Below, in pieces: positions 1 to 12,900 of a stretch of 64,000 bases of DNA. The number at the start of each line of letters is the position of its first letter. The stretch's first letter is position 1. Below the pieces are notes generated by a model. The model saw nothing but the letters and a program-made list of their open reading frames with translations, had not been told where the DNA came from and did not search any database. Source of the DNA: Tubulanus polymorphus (Eukaryota; Animalia; Nemertea); NCBI RefSeq assembly GCF_964204645.1, contig NC_134026.1, forward strand, positions 29,794,150 to 29,858,149. The letters are read 5' to 3'. The translations under genes were made by a program, and so were the position numbers.

Positions 1-3000
1 GCTGTTTTTGACGAGCCATAACTATCCACTTCATTGCGCTCAAGATTCTTCTTTTCGGCTTCTTCATCTTCGATATCAGATATATCTAAGCGTTCTCGCG
101 TTTCGTGTCTTGTCCAAAAGGTTAATCTAACCAACTACAAACGAACAAACAATAATTGTTTAACATATGAATATTTGTATTCGGCACGATTGGCGTTCAA
201 AATCGAGTCGCGTACCCGATCATCTGGTATCTCTTTAGTAACTAGGCTGATTATCGTTGTAGAAATTGCGACAACGAAAAACAGGATGATACCGAAATGA
301 AGATAATGAACATCTTTGATAATGGACGGACGTGTGTCTAGATGTTCCTGTCCGCATGGTGGAACGGTGTACGAGAATTCCCAGCCGAATCTGATCATAC
401 CAGTAACTAATCCGATCATCAATCCCCAGAATGCGCCCTGTAATAGTGATGATGAATACAATTATAGAAATTTTCAAGATAAGTATTCGCCTTTCATTTC
501 ATGTGCGCAGGTTCGGGATCTTATCAATCTTATCCCAAACATACGCAACGTACATCCAAAATTCCATGCAGCCGAAATGTGGATTTTTGGTAGAACGTAT
601 ATTTCCTAAGGGCCAATCGCTTTCGTGGATATCACACATATTATAAACAATTAATTGTTCAATACCTGTTCATTAATCCTCTTCCAAAGTACAGCTAACA
701 CATAAACAGCACAAATAGGAGGAGCGAGATAACTAGTGACGGCTTGAATATAGTGGAATAACTCACTACCAGATTGTACTACTGGAATCCAAGCGATACC
801 AACACCCACTAATACCAAAACAAACACTCTGTGTAAAAATAAAGTCAAATGTCGAATTTTCTTAAGAGATGTTTTCATTTTGAAAAATTACAATATGTCT
901 ATTTAAGTATTATACCTTCCAACAATCATAAGTTCCACATCGGACGCATTTTTTCGCATACGTTTCCAAACATCTATGGTGAATATGGTACTTCCGCTGT
1001 TGAAAATGGACGTCAACGACGACATAAGAGCGGCCATCATACATGCCAACATCATTCCACGAGCTCCAACTGGCATCAGTTTCAACACAAGCATCGGATA
1101 TGCAATATCAGAACATCCTCGTTCTTTACCGCAGTATTTCTTACATGACTCAGGATCAGAACAACCAACGGTATCTAAAACACACCACGATCATCCGCAA
1201 ATCAAGCATATAAAAAAATGGGTCTTGTGATTAATGAACCTTTTTAGTTTTACCTGGGAACAGAATACGAGCCATCATTCCTGGGAAGACGAGCAAAAAC
1301 AAAGGTAAGAATTTCAAATATCCCGCTAATATAGTTCCACCTTTAGCATGAGACAGATTCTTCGCGGCCAGCGCTCTTTGAACTATCACCTGAAAACAGA
1401 GACGCAGAAAAATATCGTTACAAAAACACTCGATAACAATTAGTTTCACTAAAATAATATGGGTCTTGTCGAGGTAGTTTGTTACCTTTACTTACATTTT
1501 GGATCCAGGGGATACGAATTAGAATATGTTTATACAAACCTGATCAGAACACCAATACCACACACCAGATACAGTTAAACCAAATATGACTCCTGTCCAC
1601 GGTAGATCAGGAGAATTTACATCACGAAATAGATGAAACGCGTCGGGATTAGCTAATCCACACGCAGTGGTACTATTTAACGAGGTTGTGGGAGCAGATT
1701 CAAAATACTTTAGCGCCAATTGCTGAAAACCGCCAACTTCAACAAAACCTACACAAAATATGATATACGTATAGACTCGAATAGAATTGAAAACTTCCGA
1801 TTGTTTGATAATCGATGATTAGATCTGAATTGTTTAGATTCATTTTGATAGTTCGTGATTGTAAGTATGGGTTGCTGGATGCAATCAAACCTACGTACCT
1901 TGCTCGTGTCATCTGCGGAGATTTGAACTGATTGAAAGGGGTGAATCGAAATAGTACTTACCTCCTATGATAGCGTATTGGGAGTTAATCGTCATATCGT
2001 ATATGAGCTAGAATTTTGAAGAGATATTATTTGAACAGTGGATTCGGGGCTAACCTGATCAGAACACCAGTACCATACAGATGATATAGTCAAACCAAAA
2101 ATGACTCCAGGCCACGGTAATCCTCCGTCACTCGCTGATCGAATCAAGTGCATTGCATTACTTGGAGGAATTCCACATTTTTCATATGTTCTGTTTGATT
2201 GGTTGAAATATTTCGATGTCTCTGGCCATGCCGTGTAATACGCGTCCACTAGATTTTCATATCCTCCGACTTCATTGAATGCTGCGTAAACATGTGATAT
2301 CACATAACAGAATATCAGAGACTGCAAACTTTTGATAAATCAGTGTTTTTTAAACTGAATGGATTAATTCGTGGGAGGGAGTTAGATACCTTTGCCTTGT
2401 TAGATGTCAGAGGAAACCCAAAAGCATTAAGACGAACCTCACCTTGTGCTAAATACGTTAGATAAAACATGTTGGTGATGTTTGCTAGAGAACGTCCTTA
2501 GTATATTGGGTAGAGATATACAGAAGATAGTAGTGAATTAAAGGTAATTTGAAGAAGTTATATTTGATAACTTAATGGTGCCCAGGGCCCAGTTTCACGA
2601 AAAAGTTTAAGCCTAAAACGGTTAAGTTTGAATTGTTGTCCTCATTGAAAACATGAAGTAACCAATGGAAAATTACACCAAAAATTTGAGTTTAACTTTT
2701 TTGTGAAACTGGGCCCAGAGTGTTAGTGCGAATGCAAGCTAAATCATATGTCAAAAATCGATTCAATCATCACGGTAGTTTTTTAGCTATAATTGATATA
2801 CATTTTTAACACACATACCTAGAATCATCAGAACAAAAGCGCCAATAATCATAATAATTGTTTGAATGAAATCAGTCCAGATTACAGCCGTCAGTCCACC
2901 TTTAAAAATAGTAAAATATATACCATAAAATGCATCGATATTACCGGTATGAGATCGGTATCAAAATATCATCGGAATTAACATAGAAATCAACCTGTTA

Positions 3001-5540
3001 TTGTAAATATAGCTGAGATTGCCAACAGGATCACTATTGCTACATACAAATTGAATTGTAACGATTGTTGGATAAAAACTGCCCCCGCGTATAAATCAGC
3101 CTGAAAAAAATAGATAAGGCATATATACCTCAATTATAAATTCATCCAGTAGGATGAGTGTGAAGGCCGTATTAGATTCACGGGATTTTTTGATTTAGAC
3201 TGATGCGGTATTTTTGTGCTTTACTGCTAAAAATCATCAGCTCGCATATACATTACGTATACTGCTAGGCTATATGATACATGGAATTCATTAAAAGAAT
3301 TCTCGGAAACAAGGAACGGGTTTTCAGGTATTATGTCTCGTGACATGCTTGATCTATTAAAAGACAGTCAAACCAGATATTATCAAAAAAGCACTTCATC
3401 GCAGCCATTTACTAATTCATAGGACAATAGACACGTCTGAATTTAGTTGATCAAGTACGCACAACTTGACTCTTCAGAGAGTATAGTCGTGTAGTGGGGA
3501 GGACAACTTAATTCTACCCGGGAATTTCCAGATTCTACTAAAAAATCTACAATTCAATCGTAATGCTAAATGCAATGGACGTACTGATATCTTTGTAAAT
3601 ATATACAGCAGCAAAGCTAGAATCGCCAGATACACGCGAATTCTTTGACCTCCAAATCTCTTTCTCAAATATTCGGGCATCGTAAAAACCTGCAGAATAT
3701 AATAGAATTTCATTAACCTAGATCTACGTATGCATAAAACTGATTATTCGGTGATAATAAAACATTATTGCCTGTCAGGTAGATATAGCTTTAAAAAAAA
3801 CAACGATGAAATTGTCAGTGTATGCCAACTATTTGTCGGTAACTTACCCCAGCAGCGATATAAACAGGTACGAATATCCATCCTAACAGCAACAGAATGA
3901 ATATTGCCTGCAACATTAATATTTAGATATTACATTGATTATAGTTTTCTAAGATTCATTAAATTATTCTTTGATTTTTATTACACAATTCAAACACAAT
4001 AGTATCGGTAGATATTGAATATATTGGTGAAGTAGCAGGCAAAACATACGACAGTCCATTAATGAAAATGCAGGAATATATTAGCATGAACTGACGAGTT
4101 ATTCTTTGTTTTCATACGGAATGTAAAAGCTACCAGGTGATGCCACTCTATCGGTGTACGAAATTATCATAAAGATTCATGATTACATTCAGTTCGAACA
4201 CAGCAATTCCAATACCACTTGCAGCACCCGAACCTGCCAGACCAACGAAATGTCCACTGCCGATATTACTCGCGAACAGTGAACCGCCCACCTGAAAAAT
4301 ACAGAATATCCCGAAATTACTAATTCGAGTGGTTTTCCATCAAAAAACATAGATTTAAAACGTGTCAATGATAATTATATTGAAAATAAAATTATCTCTA
4401 CTCATTTACAGGTAAATTTTGTGGCGAAGGTGTTCTGTTTTGATCTACGCTATAAAGGCTTCAACTAAATGTTTATCAGCTTAATCAATAACGTACGTGA
4501 TCCACGTTTATATCAAGTTCAATTAGAATTGGAGATTCTACGTTATTTCCATTGACTTCATTGAACAGCAGTAGCCTACATAAAACTATACAATATCACG
4601 TAGAGTACTGTGATCTTATATCGATCAAACAATATTGACGACCGTTAACATAATCGGGGAGAACAGAAAGTTTTAGAGGCTTGGTGGAATTTACTTCGTG
4701 AGCAATCGAATCTTATCAAACCTTATTAACTTATCTTCTTATCTTACTACATGAAACATGTAGGATAATACGGTACTCAGAACATTATGCATATCTAAGA
4801 CTAGTGTTATTCGTCGAGAAATCCATTCGCCCTTTTGTAGCTTAATTACTTCACGAGGAAGGCATGAATTATATTTTTACGAAAACTGGTTTGAAAATCA
4901 AGTTTTAGTTGAATCATATAGACCTACTGTTAATAAGGCAGTTCAACATGACCCAATTGAGCGGGTCATGGACTGAAAAAGCCTCATGAATTTTTGTCAT
5001 GAATAAAAGCTAGATTTATTTATTATAGGCGTTGTTCAAATTCTTAGAAAGTAAAGCTCGGAGGAAGTTCAGTCAACAACAGTAAAGATACATGACAAAG
5101 AGTCCAGAAGGCTTACCAACATCCAGTGCATATTTCTTCCAGCAAGGAAATATCCCCCGACGCTTCCTCTGTTTCTCGTAGATGACTTAAAAGAGGAAAG
5201 ATATTAATGCTTCTACAGAACCAATTTTACTTAGATCTATTTATAGTAGATTTATAGTTAAGCCCAATCTTTCCAGTGGAAGCTTACTAAACATCAATTC
5301 ATATTCTTGAAAAACGATAATATTACTCGTAAGAAATGAGATATTTCCGACAGATGTGAAATAGATACCGGTACATAATTGATCTTAAATCTCAGCTGCT
5401 TGATTGGAGAATTCAAATCCAGTATTTCTTACCCATATTCCGAATCCAAGAATGATAACAAAATAAAGTACTATCACAACAATATCCGGCCATTCTAGAT
5501 TAGTCCCTTTTAATAATTTCTCCTCTTCAACCGACGGCAT
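1..5540 (-). CDS. Sodium/glucose cotransporter (SLC5A, SGLT/SLC5A9-10-like); multi-exon, 3' end outside window
   Basis: ATG at 5540 ([27 protein letters not shown]). Exons encode SSS-family motifs [111 protein letters not shown] introns. Confidence 0.93.
1540..1748 (-). other. SLC5A alternative exon B (209 nt) of a mutually exclusive pair
   Basis: tttgtgtag|GTTTTGTTGAA...GATCAG|gtttgt; encodes (G)[69 protein letters not shown]; same phases as exon A. Confidence 0.85.
2055..2281 (-). other. SLC5A alternative exon A (227 nt) of a mutually exclusive pair
   Basis: tttacgcag|CATTCAATGAA...GATCAG|gttagc; encodes (A)[75 protein letters not shown]; phase 1 in, phase 0 out. Confidence 0.85.
2586..2715. 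mobile_element. MITE, PIF/Harbinger-like (copy 1)
   Basis: TIRs GGCCCAGTTTCAC...GTGAAACTGGGCC flanked by CAG on both sides (3-bp TSD); near-identical copy at 34548-34676. Confidence 0.8.
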
Positions 5541-5827
5541 TTTGTAGCTTTAATGGTTTCTTTTCATTTGACTACTGTAACCTTATGAATACATTCGTCG
5601 ACAGTGACAGGACAGCCCGCGAGTCCCGATAACCAGTTTCACAGTGACCGTACACTGCTGACACCTACCGGCAGCACTGAGACCGTACACTGCTGACCTC
5701 TAGCGCTGAATCACAGCTCTAATGGACGTCAAAGAGCGTCGTAAATGAAGTAAAGAATATCAAAATGTTTATCATCCTCGTTTATGTCATTTAGAACTGT
5801 TCGCAAAAATAAGACTGATTGATTGAA
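5541..5827. promoter_or_regulatory. Bidirectional promoter region SLC5A/CACUL1
   Basis: Divergent ATGs 287 nt apart; 17-bp direct repeat GACCGTACACTGCTGAC at 5646 and 5681. Confidence 0.6.
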
Positions 5828-7824
5828 ATGATGGATGAACCAATGGATGACGCAATGTGTGATTCGACAACCGGTGAAATTGAATCATTTATTGATGGCG
5901 CAGCAGCAAACTCTGAAATTGAGCTGGAGGAAGATGCGGCTTCTTCATCTCTTGTTGTTTCATCGCCACCGCAGCATGATGATGAATTAACCCCTAAATT
6001 CTCTGTCCTGAAACCTGGTTCAGGCAGTATGAGTAAGTGTATTTCATTTTTATCATCAAAATTCATGTCAATTTCTGCCGAAGCCTGAACCTGAAGGATG
6101 ATATCCTCCTTGGTTGTTAAAAACTGAATTATATTTTTGAAAACAAAACCCTTCTTTCTTATTTTCTAGTGTTAATGAAGATTTCCGATGAAGATTACGA
6201 GAAAAAATATTGGCCGCGTTTGGACAGCGCGATTAATCAGTTATTGACAATGAAACCCGGAGAGTATATACCGATATCGTATGAACAGATGTATAGTTGT
6301 GTTTATAAGTGCGTATGTAAACAGTTCTCCGAACGTTTATACAACGATTTATGCCAGAAAATTACTACACATTTACAACAAATCAGCATTCAACTACAAA
6401 CATCAGTAAGTAACACAGTGAGCTCAAACTCCAGCTTAGCTAGTCGTGGAATAATCGTTATGATTATGAGTTAAACTTAATGAATTGAATCCCTACTTTG
6501 AAATTGGAACTAATAGAGATGACTAATGAAATAATGGGACAATTTATCTGATGACGACTTAGATTATATTTAAGAATCTAGGTTTCAGGCAATACGGTCC
6601 ATTTCTCAGTTGAAAATATGACTTTATATGTTGAAACATTGAAAATGAACTATAGTAAACCTCACCTATTTCCGGACAAACTGGGACCGGCAAAATTGGT
6701 CCGAGGTAACCGAAATCCGAGTTAACAAAAAATACGTAAGGAATTTCCTTATGTATTTCCTCAGTCAGAAAAAAAATGATTTCGTTTTGAGTTTCAGTAA
6801 GACAAGGTTTACAATAGTTTTCACTTCATAAGTCAAACTCATTACTGTGGAACTGGATATTTATTTCACAAGGTTCTTATTTGTGTTTCTTTCACAGTCA
6901 CATGACAGTAAATTATATATAAAAGAATTTCACAACGCATTGAACCAATATTTGAAGGCTCTCGGTGGAATTGTACCTATATTCAATTACATGGTAAGAG
7001 ATGAATCAATGTGTTGAGAATGCTTCTGGCGCCAGACTTCATTACATGTGAAATTTTTTTTATTTTCAGAATCGTTTTTATGTCGAGAATAAATTGCGCA
7101 CGGATTTGAAAGTTGAATTACTGAAATTATTTGCAGACTACGTTGCTGACAAGCACGTACCAGTAATACTGCGTAAGTCAAAAATTTGAATGAATTTACA
7201 ATCTGAACTGAAATCTTGTGAGGTAGTTTTTAGTAATGATTGTATGAATTGCAGCGTTAGTTGTAGAAGCCTCCTCTGAGCCGTTTACATTTCCTCCTGC
7301 GATGATGTCAACACTTGTCAGAAATTTGTATTCTCTAAAACCAGGTAAGGCATCGTTTTCATGAAATATGCTTCATTTAAGATATTCAAACTCGCTCGTA
7401 AACTATTTCAAACATTATGATTGAACATCCATTATTTTGAATATTTGTATTTGATAGAATTCTCACAAATGAGGCCGCACTTATTTGCCAAATATATCCC
7501 GAATGTGATGCCAGCTACAGCTGAATCGGATTTAACTCAACTAATAGAAGAAACTAAGCGTATGCAGAGAGATTTAAGGACTCATCCGCTTTTCATGAGG
7601 TGTGAAATATCTCGCAATTATTACAGTGCATTCATTGATAAATATTGAAAGAAACTTGAAAGTTATTACAAAAATATATTGCAGCGGAGATCAAAGCAAA
7701 AAACGTGGAATTGAAGATGATGCTCAAAGTAAGTATTGATCATTACATTTGATAATACCCATCCATATGAATGAATATTGGAGTATTTTATATTGCAGTG
7801 TGTACCGGTATTCCGATGTCATGA
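5828..7824 (+). CDS. CACUL1: CDK2-associated and cullin domain-containing protein 1
   Basis: Exons encode [82 protein letters not shown]; stop TGA 7822-7824. Confidence 0.9.
6651..6816. mobile_element. Tc1/mariner-like MITE, apparently nested in an older MITE (about 6596-6858)
   Basis: TA-TAGTAAACCT...AGGTTTACAA-TA ends; shares TCCGAGTTAACAA and CAAACTGG (inverted) with the element at 14937-15064. Confidence 0.55.
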
Positions 7825-8900
7825 CGTCTCTCCCACGCATTACTATACTACTCACAGATTACTTATAAATGTGGACGAGTTTAGTACTACTAATACTACT
7901 ACATCACTGCTTTATCCGTGAATCTGAAAAAAGGAATGTTAGAAACAAAACGACCCTTCCTTTTACTATTCGTTATTATATTACTAGTGAACGCTAATCG
8001 GATTAAAAACTTTGAACGCTAGATTTAGCAGATATTCAGACAATCATCACTTCTGGGATCTGATGAATCCCTTTTGCTTTGATCAAATCGACTTGCATTA
8101 TGTGATATGAATGAGTTGTGTATGAATTGAAGTAATTGTTTTTATATTAATTGTACCCGGTACATTAACTACGTGTATTTGATGAATATACATCATGTAT
8201 GTATCGATAATTGTTGATAAATAAATAACATGTATCTAATACTAAATACTAAGTGTTTACGGTTACTTAATCATCATTTCATCTTATAAGGTGCCTTTCC
8301 ATTAGATGAACTGACTCCGGAAATGCGAGTCTGTTACAATCTGCTGACCTCCAGACATTCAGCAGTTGTCTCTATGGGTATAAATGTTCTTTAAAAAAAT
8401 TTGATTCTATTACAACTTTGAACTATCTATAACTGATCTTCGCAGGGTTTTGCCTGAAAGTGGATAGATGTGTATTAAAGATCGTGACATAACGATGCCT
8501 CTTAAATGCATCTAGTTGGCTTCATTTAAAAAGATCTGTCATAAGCGCTCCCTCGTAAGTGAACTAGATCTGCCAAAGTTTCCGATGGAGAATTTAACGC
8601 TTTGAATCCAGCAATGATGAGACTGATTTCACGTACATGTGCGCAGATTATTTATTTCAATATTTGTAAATTGCTTTTAACACGGATACATACAATAATA
8701 TTCGTATACCATTATATATACATTCAGTATACATGTCTGTACATAATTGAACATTGATACAATATTTCAAAATTGCGGTTGTTAAGTACCTGTACCTACG
8801 AGTGAAGCAAGCAATATGAGAATCGATAAGCTATCACAGATATAAGCACCACATTGCTCAAACTATGATTTATTTCAATCTGCTGGTAACTCTCGGCTTC

Positions 8901-8954
8901 TCTCCAAACACTCCAAGCCCCGGCTCTCCAAACACTCCAAGCCCCGCCTCCCAA
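8901..8954. repeat. Short 24-bp tandem duplication in the presumed HTT 3' UTR
   Basis: CTCCAAACACTCCAAGCCCCG twice, then a partial third copy. Confidence 0.7.
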
Positions 8955-9923
8955 GTCCGATACAAGAAAACACAATCATAGAACATGTGATCATTTATAC
9001 ACAACAAAACAATGTGACTATTCACTACATAATAACCAGTATTAAATCATATATTCATTTCATGATTTTCCAGGAGATTCTATTTCCTTGAACTCCCTTC
9101 ATTAATGCATAAGTCGATATGCAGAAACCATTCAACAAGAACTAATCTATCTCAGTATGTTTAAATGCCATACACTGATCAGTATGCCCACTACAGTATG
9201 ACATGGTATTCAACTGGCAAAAAGGGCAATCAGAAAGAACTGCAATATCTTTCAAAAGGACGCTAACAATTCTGACCGTGGCACTGACGACATGGTCTTT
9301 AACTTCTTCAGTTCCGTTCATTTTTCATCAAATCATATCTTCTAGCCATTCTACATATAAAGTATAGTAAACACTCTAAGTACAGATAATAATTCATCCA
9401 TTGAGTTGACAAACAATCATACATCCAATCAATGTCATAAGATGGTCATGTTAAAGAAACAACAAAAATTCTGTACTTCGTAACGTGTAAGCAGTATTTT
9501 GTTGGTCCATGGGAAAATCACAGAAAAATGATGAAATAGTTGAGCATTTAATGTGCAAACATCAAACCATACATAATCTATATACTGGAACATGTAAATT
9601 AATAAATAAATAACATAATTTTCTCACAAAATGGTTACTGACATCAAACAAACCATGAGTTATTTCATCTCATCATACGGCAAGCGAATAACCAAGACAG
9701 ATGAAATAAGTTATATGCTATTCTAAAATATATCCATTCAAAAAAATGCATTCTCAGTTTGGAATATCAAGAATTAAATTTGAGTCTTTAACAATTGAAT
9801 GAACGGTACAGCGACATCATTAGGGCATTATTTACACTAATATTCATAAAATACCATTGATAACTGTGCGTTTTCAACCGGTTCGACCTCCCGTTGATAT
9901 AAGAGATGAATATTCACTGATTA

Positions 9924-12900
9924 TCATTGTTTGATAGAATCGCGTCTGACGTTATGTAGACAGTCCATCAGATCACTGTACGGAGTATCGGGTAATGCTA
10001 CAGTTTGGAATGTCTGTAAAAACGCGCGTCGTTGAGTCTCATCTGTCAACTGACCGCGGAAATCTAGCGCCGAAAGACAAAACAATCTACGATCGACGGC
10101 ATCGAGACGTCCCATACGTTCAACTATATGCGGTAATCTAATCATTCAATCATCAAGGAATGATAAATAAAAACCGTCCGATTTACCTGATATTTCTAAT
10201 TGTAGTAGTTTTCAACGAAAATTAGAGTAATTTAACATAAAAAATAATAGTTTAATTGAAAATGAACTAGAAATTATTTCAAGAGTATTTTGATATTTTT
10301 GGGAGTAGAAACTACTCTCAAATAGTCGCATGCAAGTCTGATAAGAGGAAATTTTAAAATGGTATTTGTTGCAATCAATATGATTGAAATAAAAGGATAC
10401 AGTGCCCTCAGCCATTGGTTCGTAGATGAACTGATGAAGAAACAAGTAAAACTCCAAACAGCCATCGAGATAGGGGTACGCTGAGTGAAATTAGACAACG
10501 ATAGCATCACCCAGTCTCTTACTAATGTATGCTGACGCTGAGAATGTAATGTATTAAACACCTAAAATAATTAAAGAATTTATAATCAGTAATTGCCAGT
10601 GATATAACAATAGAAAAAGAAGGTCACACTTAACTCTTAACTCACAATTACAGAACTGGATCCTGATCATTTCATTATTCTACTAACGGCATTTGCCATC
10701 AAAAGAAGCTAACATAAATATTTCCTACATTACATTACCACCGGTGATCATTCTAGAAGATGATTTTACCTGAAATACAACTTTAGCCATCAGCTGCGGA
10801 TGCGGTTGTTGATTTGATAAGAATTCACCGATCACTTTATTCATGATATCTTGCGGCGGAAAGAAATCAGTGAGGAATGTTGGTAGAATACGCGTGATGA
10901 CCTGAGCTTCATGCGGGAATCCTTTACGTATTCGATCGAATAGAACCGTCACACGTTCCATAGCTGCGATTAGTGATTCCGGATCGGGAATCATCTTCGT
11001 ATTTCCATTCTGATAATCGGGTTCGGACATGAGAACTACGGGACTCCACTGATCGTTGCCTTTCCCTAAAACATCAATGATTAAATGCTAATGAATCACT
11101 CTAAGTTAACATAGGCCTTCAGTGTATGTCCGGGGTACAAAGCAAAACATTGTGTGACAGAATTTAGAAAATTGGGTCGAAGAAAATTGATACCCTGTTT
11201 TCATTTCTGCTGAGCTTAAAGTTGACCCAGCCAGCCGCCTATTATACCCTGTACATTAGTCTTTTGAAAATAGCTTTAGATACCATGACTTTTTCTACAA
11301 ACTCGGGTAATTTTGAAGTCGATTCCATAATTTTACATTTTCAATTCCTTTACCTTCCATTAGTGCTATTAACTCTGTAGATATTTACCTGAGTACATGC
11401 ATGTAAGTAATAGACCTAAAGCTGACATCATTCTTTGCGGACTCGGTAAACAGATTCTATCAACGCTCAGTTTGATAAGAGTATCGGCATCTTGAATACC
11501 GAGTACGTCTGACAATAGTAACCTCTCTAAACCACGCATTAGAGCTAAATACAGACATAACGGTAAATTCTCATCGGATGAGGAAGCTGCTGATATTGCA
11601 TACTGAAATATATACATTTAACATAATCATTTAATATTAGAAAATCAATCGCGGATACTAAAATACAGTTTCATGCGATCATTTCAAACCTGTAAAACCC
11701 TGACTGTAAAATCAGAATCTTTGAATTCATCTTGGAAATTCTCAACCAAGTAGAAAGCAGTGGACCACAAAACCATCATGTGCTGCTGACTTCCAATAAT
11801 ACTAGATTTCACAAATGATTAAAAATACTTAATTAGATGTGTCTAGATGAATATTAACACTAGTTATTAATGAAGTACTGACCTCGTAGTGCTGCCAAGC
11901 TGTTTAAGAATGTATTCAGTAAGATGAGGCACCAATGATTTATTGATGTCTGAAACACTGGTACCTCCCTCTAATATATATAAACTTCCATATAAGGCTC
12001 CAATTCGAGTAGGCAAGTGAGTACTGCGCAGAGCTGATTCAATAATCTTTATTATACGATCTGTTGTCATTTGTTCCTATAATCAAAAATATCTAATTGT
12101 AATGTTCGAATATTGCGATTAGGTGTTTTTTCAGGATTACCGGTAAATGAAAATATTTACAACAGTTCCAACTACGGCAGCAGCTTTACACAAAGCAACG
12201 ATCAGATATTGGTTACTGAGTTCATCCTCCAACGGATGAAGTCTTTGAACTTCGAGAAGCGTGTCTAAAATCATCTCAAACTGCTGACGATCAGTGAATA
12301 AATCCGATAAGGCCAACATCTATAAAACATCGAACAAATATTATACAAACAACTGTTCAGTAGAAATCACTTAGAAAAACTGATAGATAAATTCTTCGTT
12401 CATTGATAATGATTTACAGTGGAAAACCGAAATTCGGACTTTTAAATGAATTTTAACGTTTCTGTATATTTAACTCTTCATCCGCGACTCATTGCGAAGT
12501 TTAACCTTGTCATCAAAAACTATTTTCCTGAAACACTTACCGATTTCAGAACCTCATTTAACTGCATCAACGGTGTTTTTGGATTCGCATTCGGTGCTAA
12601 TAACTGTTGGTAAAGTTCCATGAGAAACTGTAAACAGGAATGGATATCGAGACCGCTGATTGATGAAGAGCGTTCTTTCATTAGAGTCGGACTCGGAGGA
12701 GAACCTTCAACGCTGTCATCCTCGTCGAAACTGACGTCTAACATTCCAACCAACGACCAAATAGATTCAACTGATAACTACGAGACAAACAAACAGTTAG
12801 TAAAAACAGTTGAAATGCACACGAAATGTAATGTAAGTAAAGTAAGATTACCTGACCCAGTCCGAAACCTTCGTATCCTATATCTCGGTCTATATTATTG

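Noticed and set aside
1540-1748. Exon B as a separate gene or pseudo-exon
   Set aside because: No other duplicated SLC5A exons nearby; frame, splice sites and key residues are intact, favouring alternative splicing.
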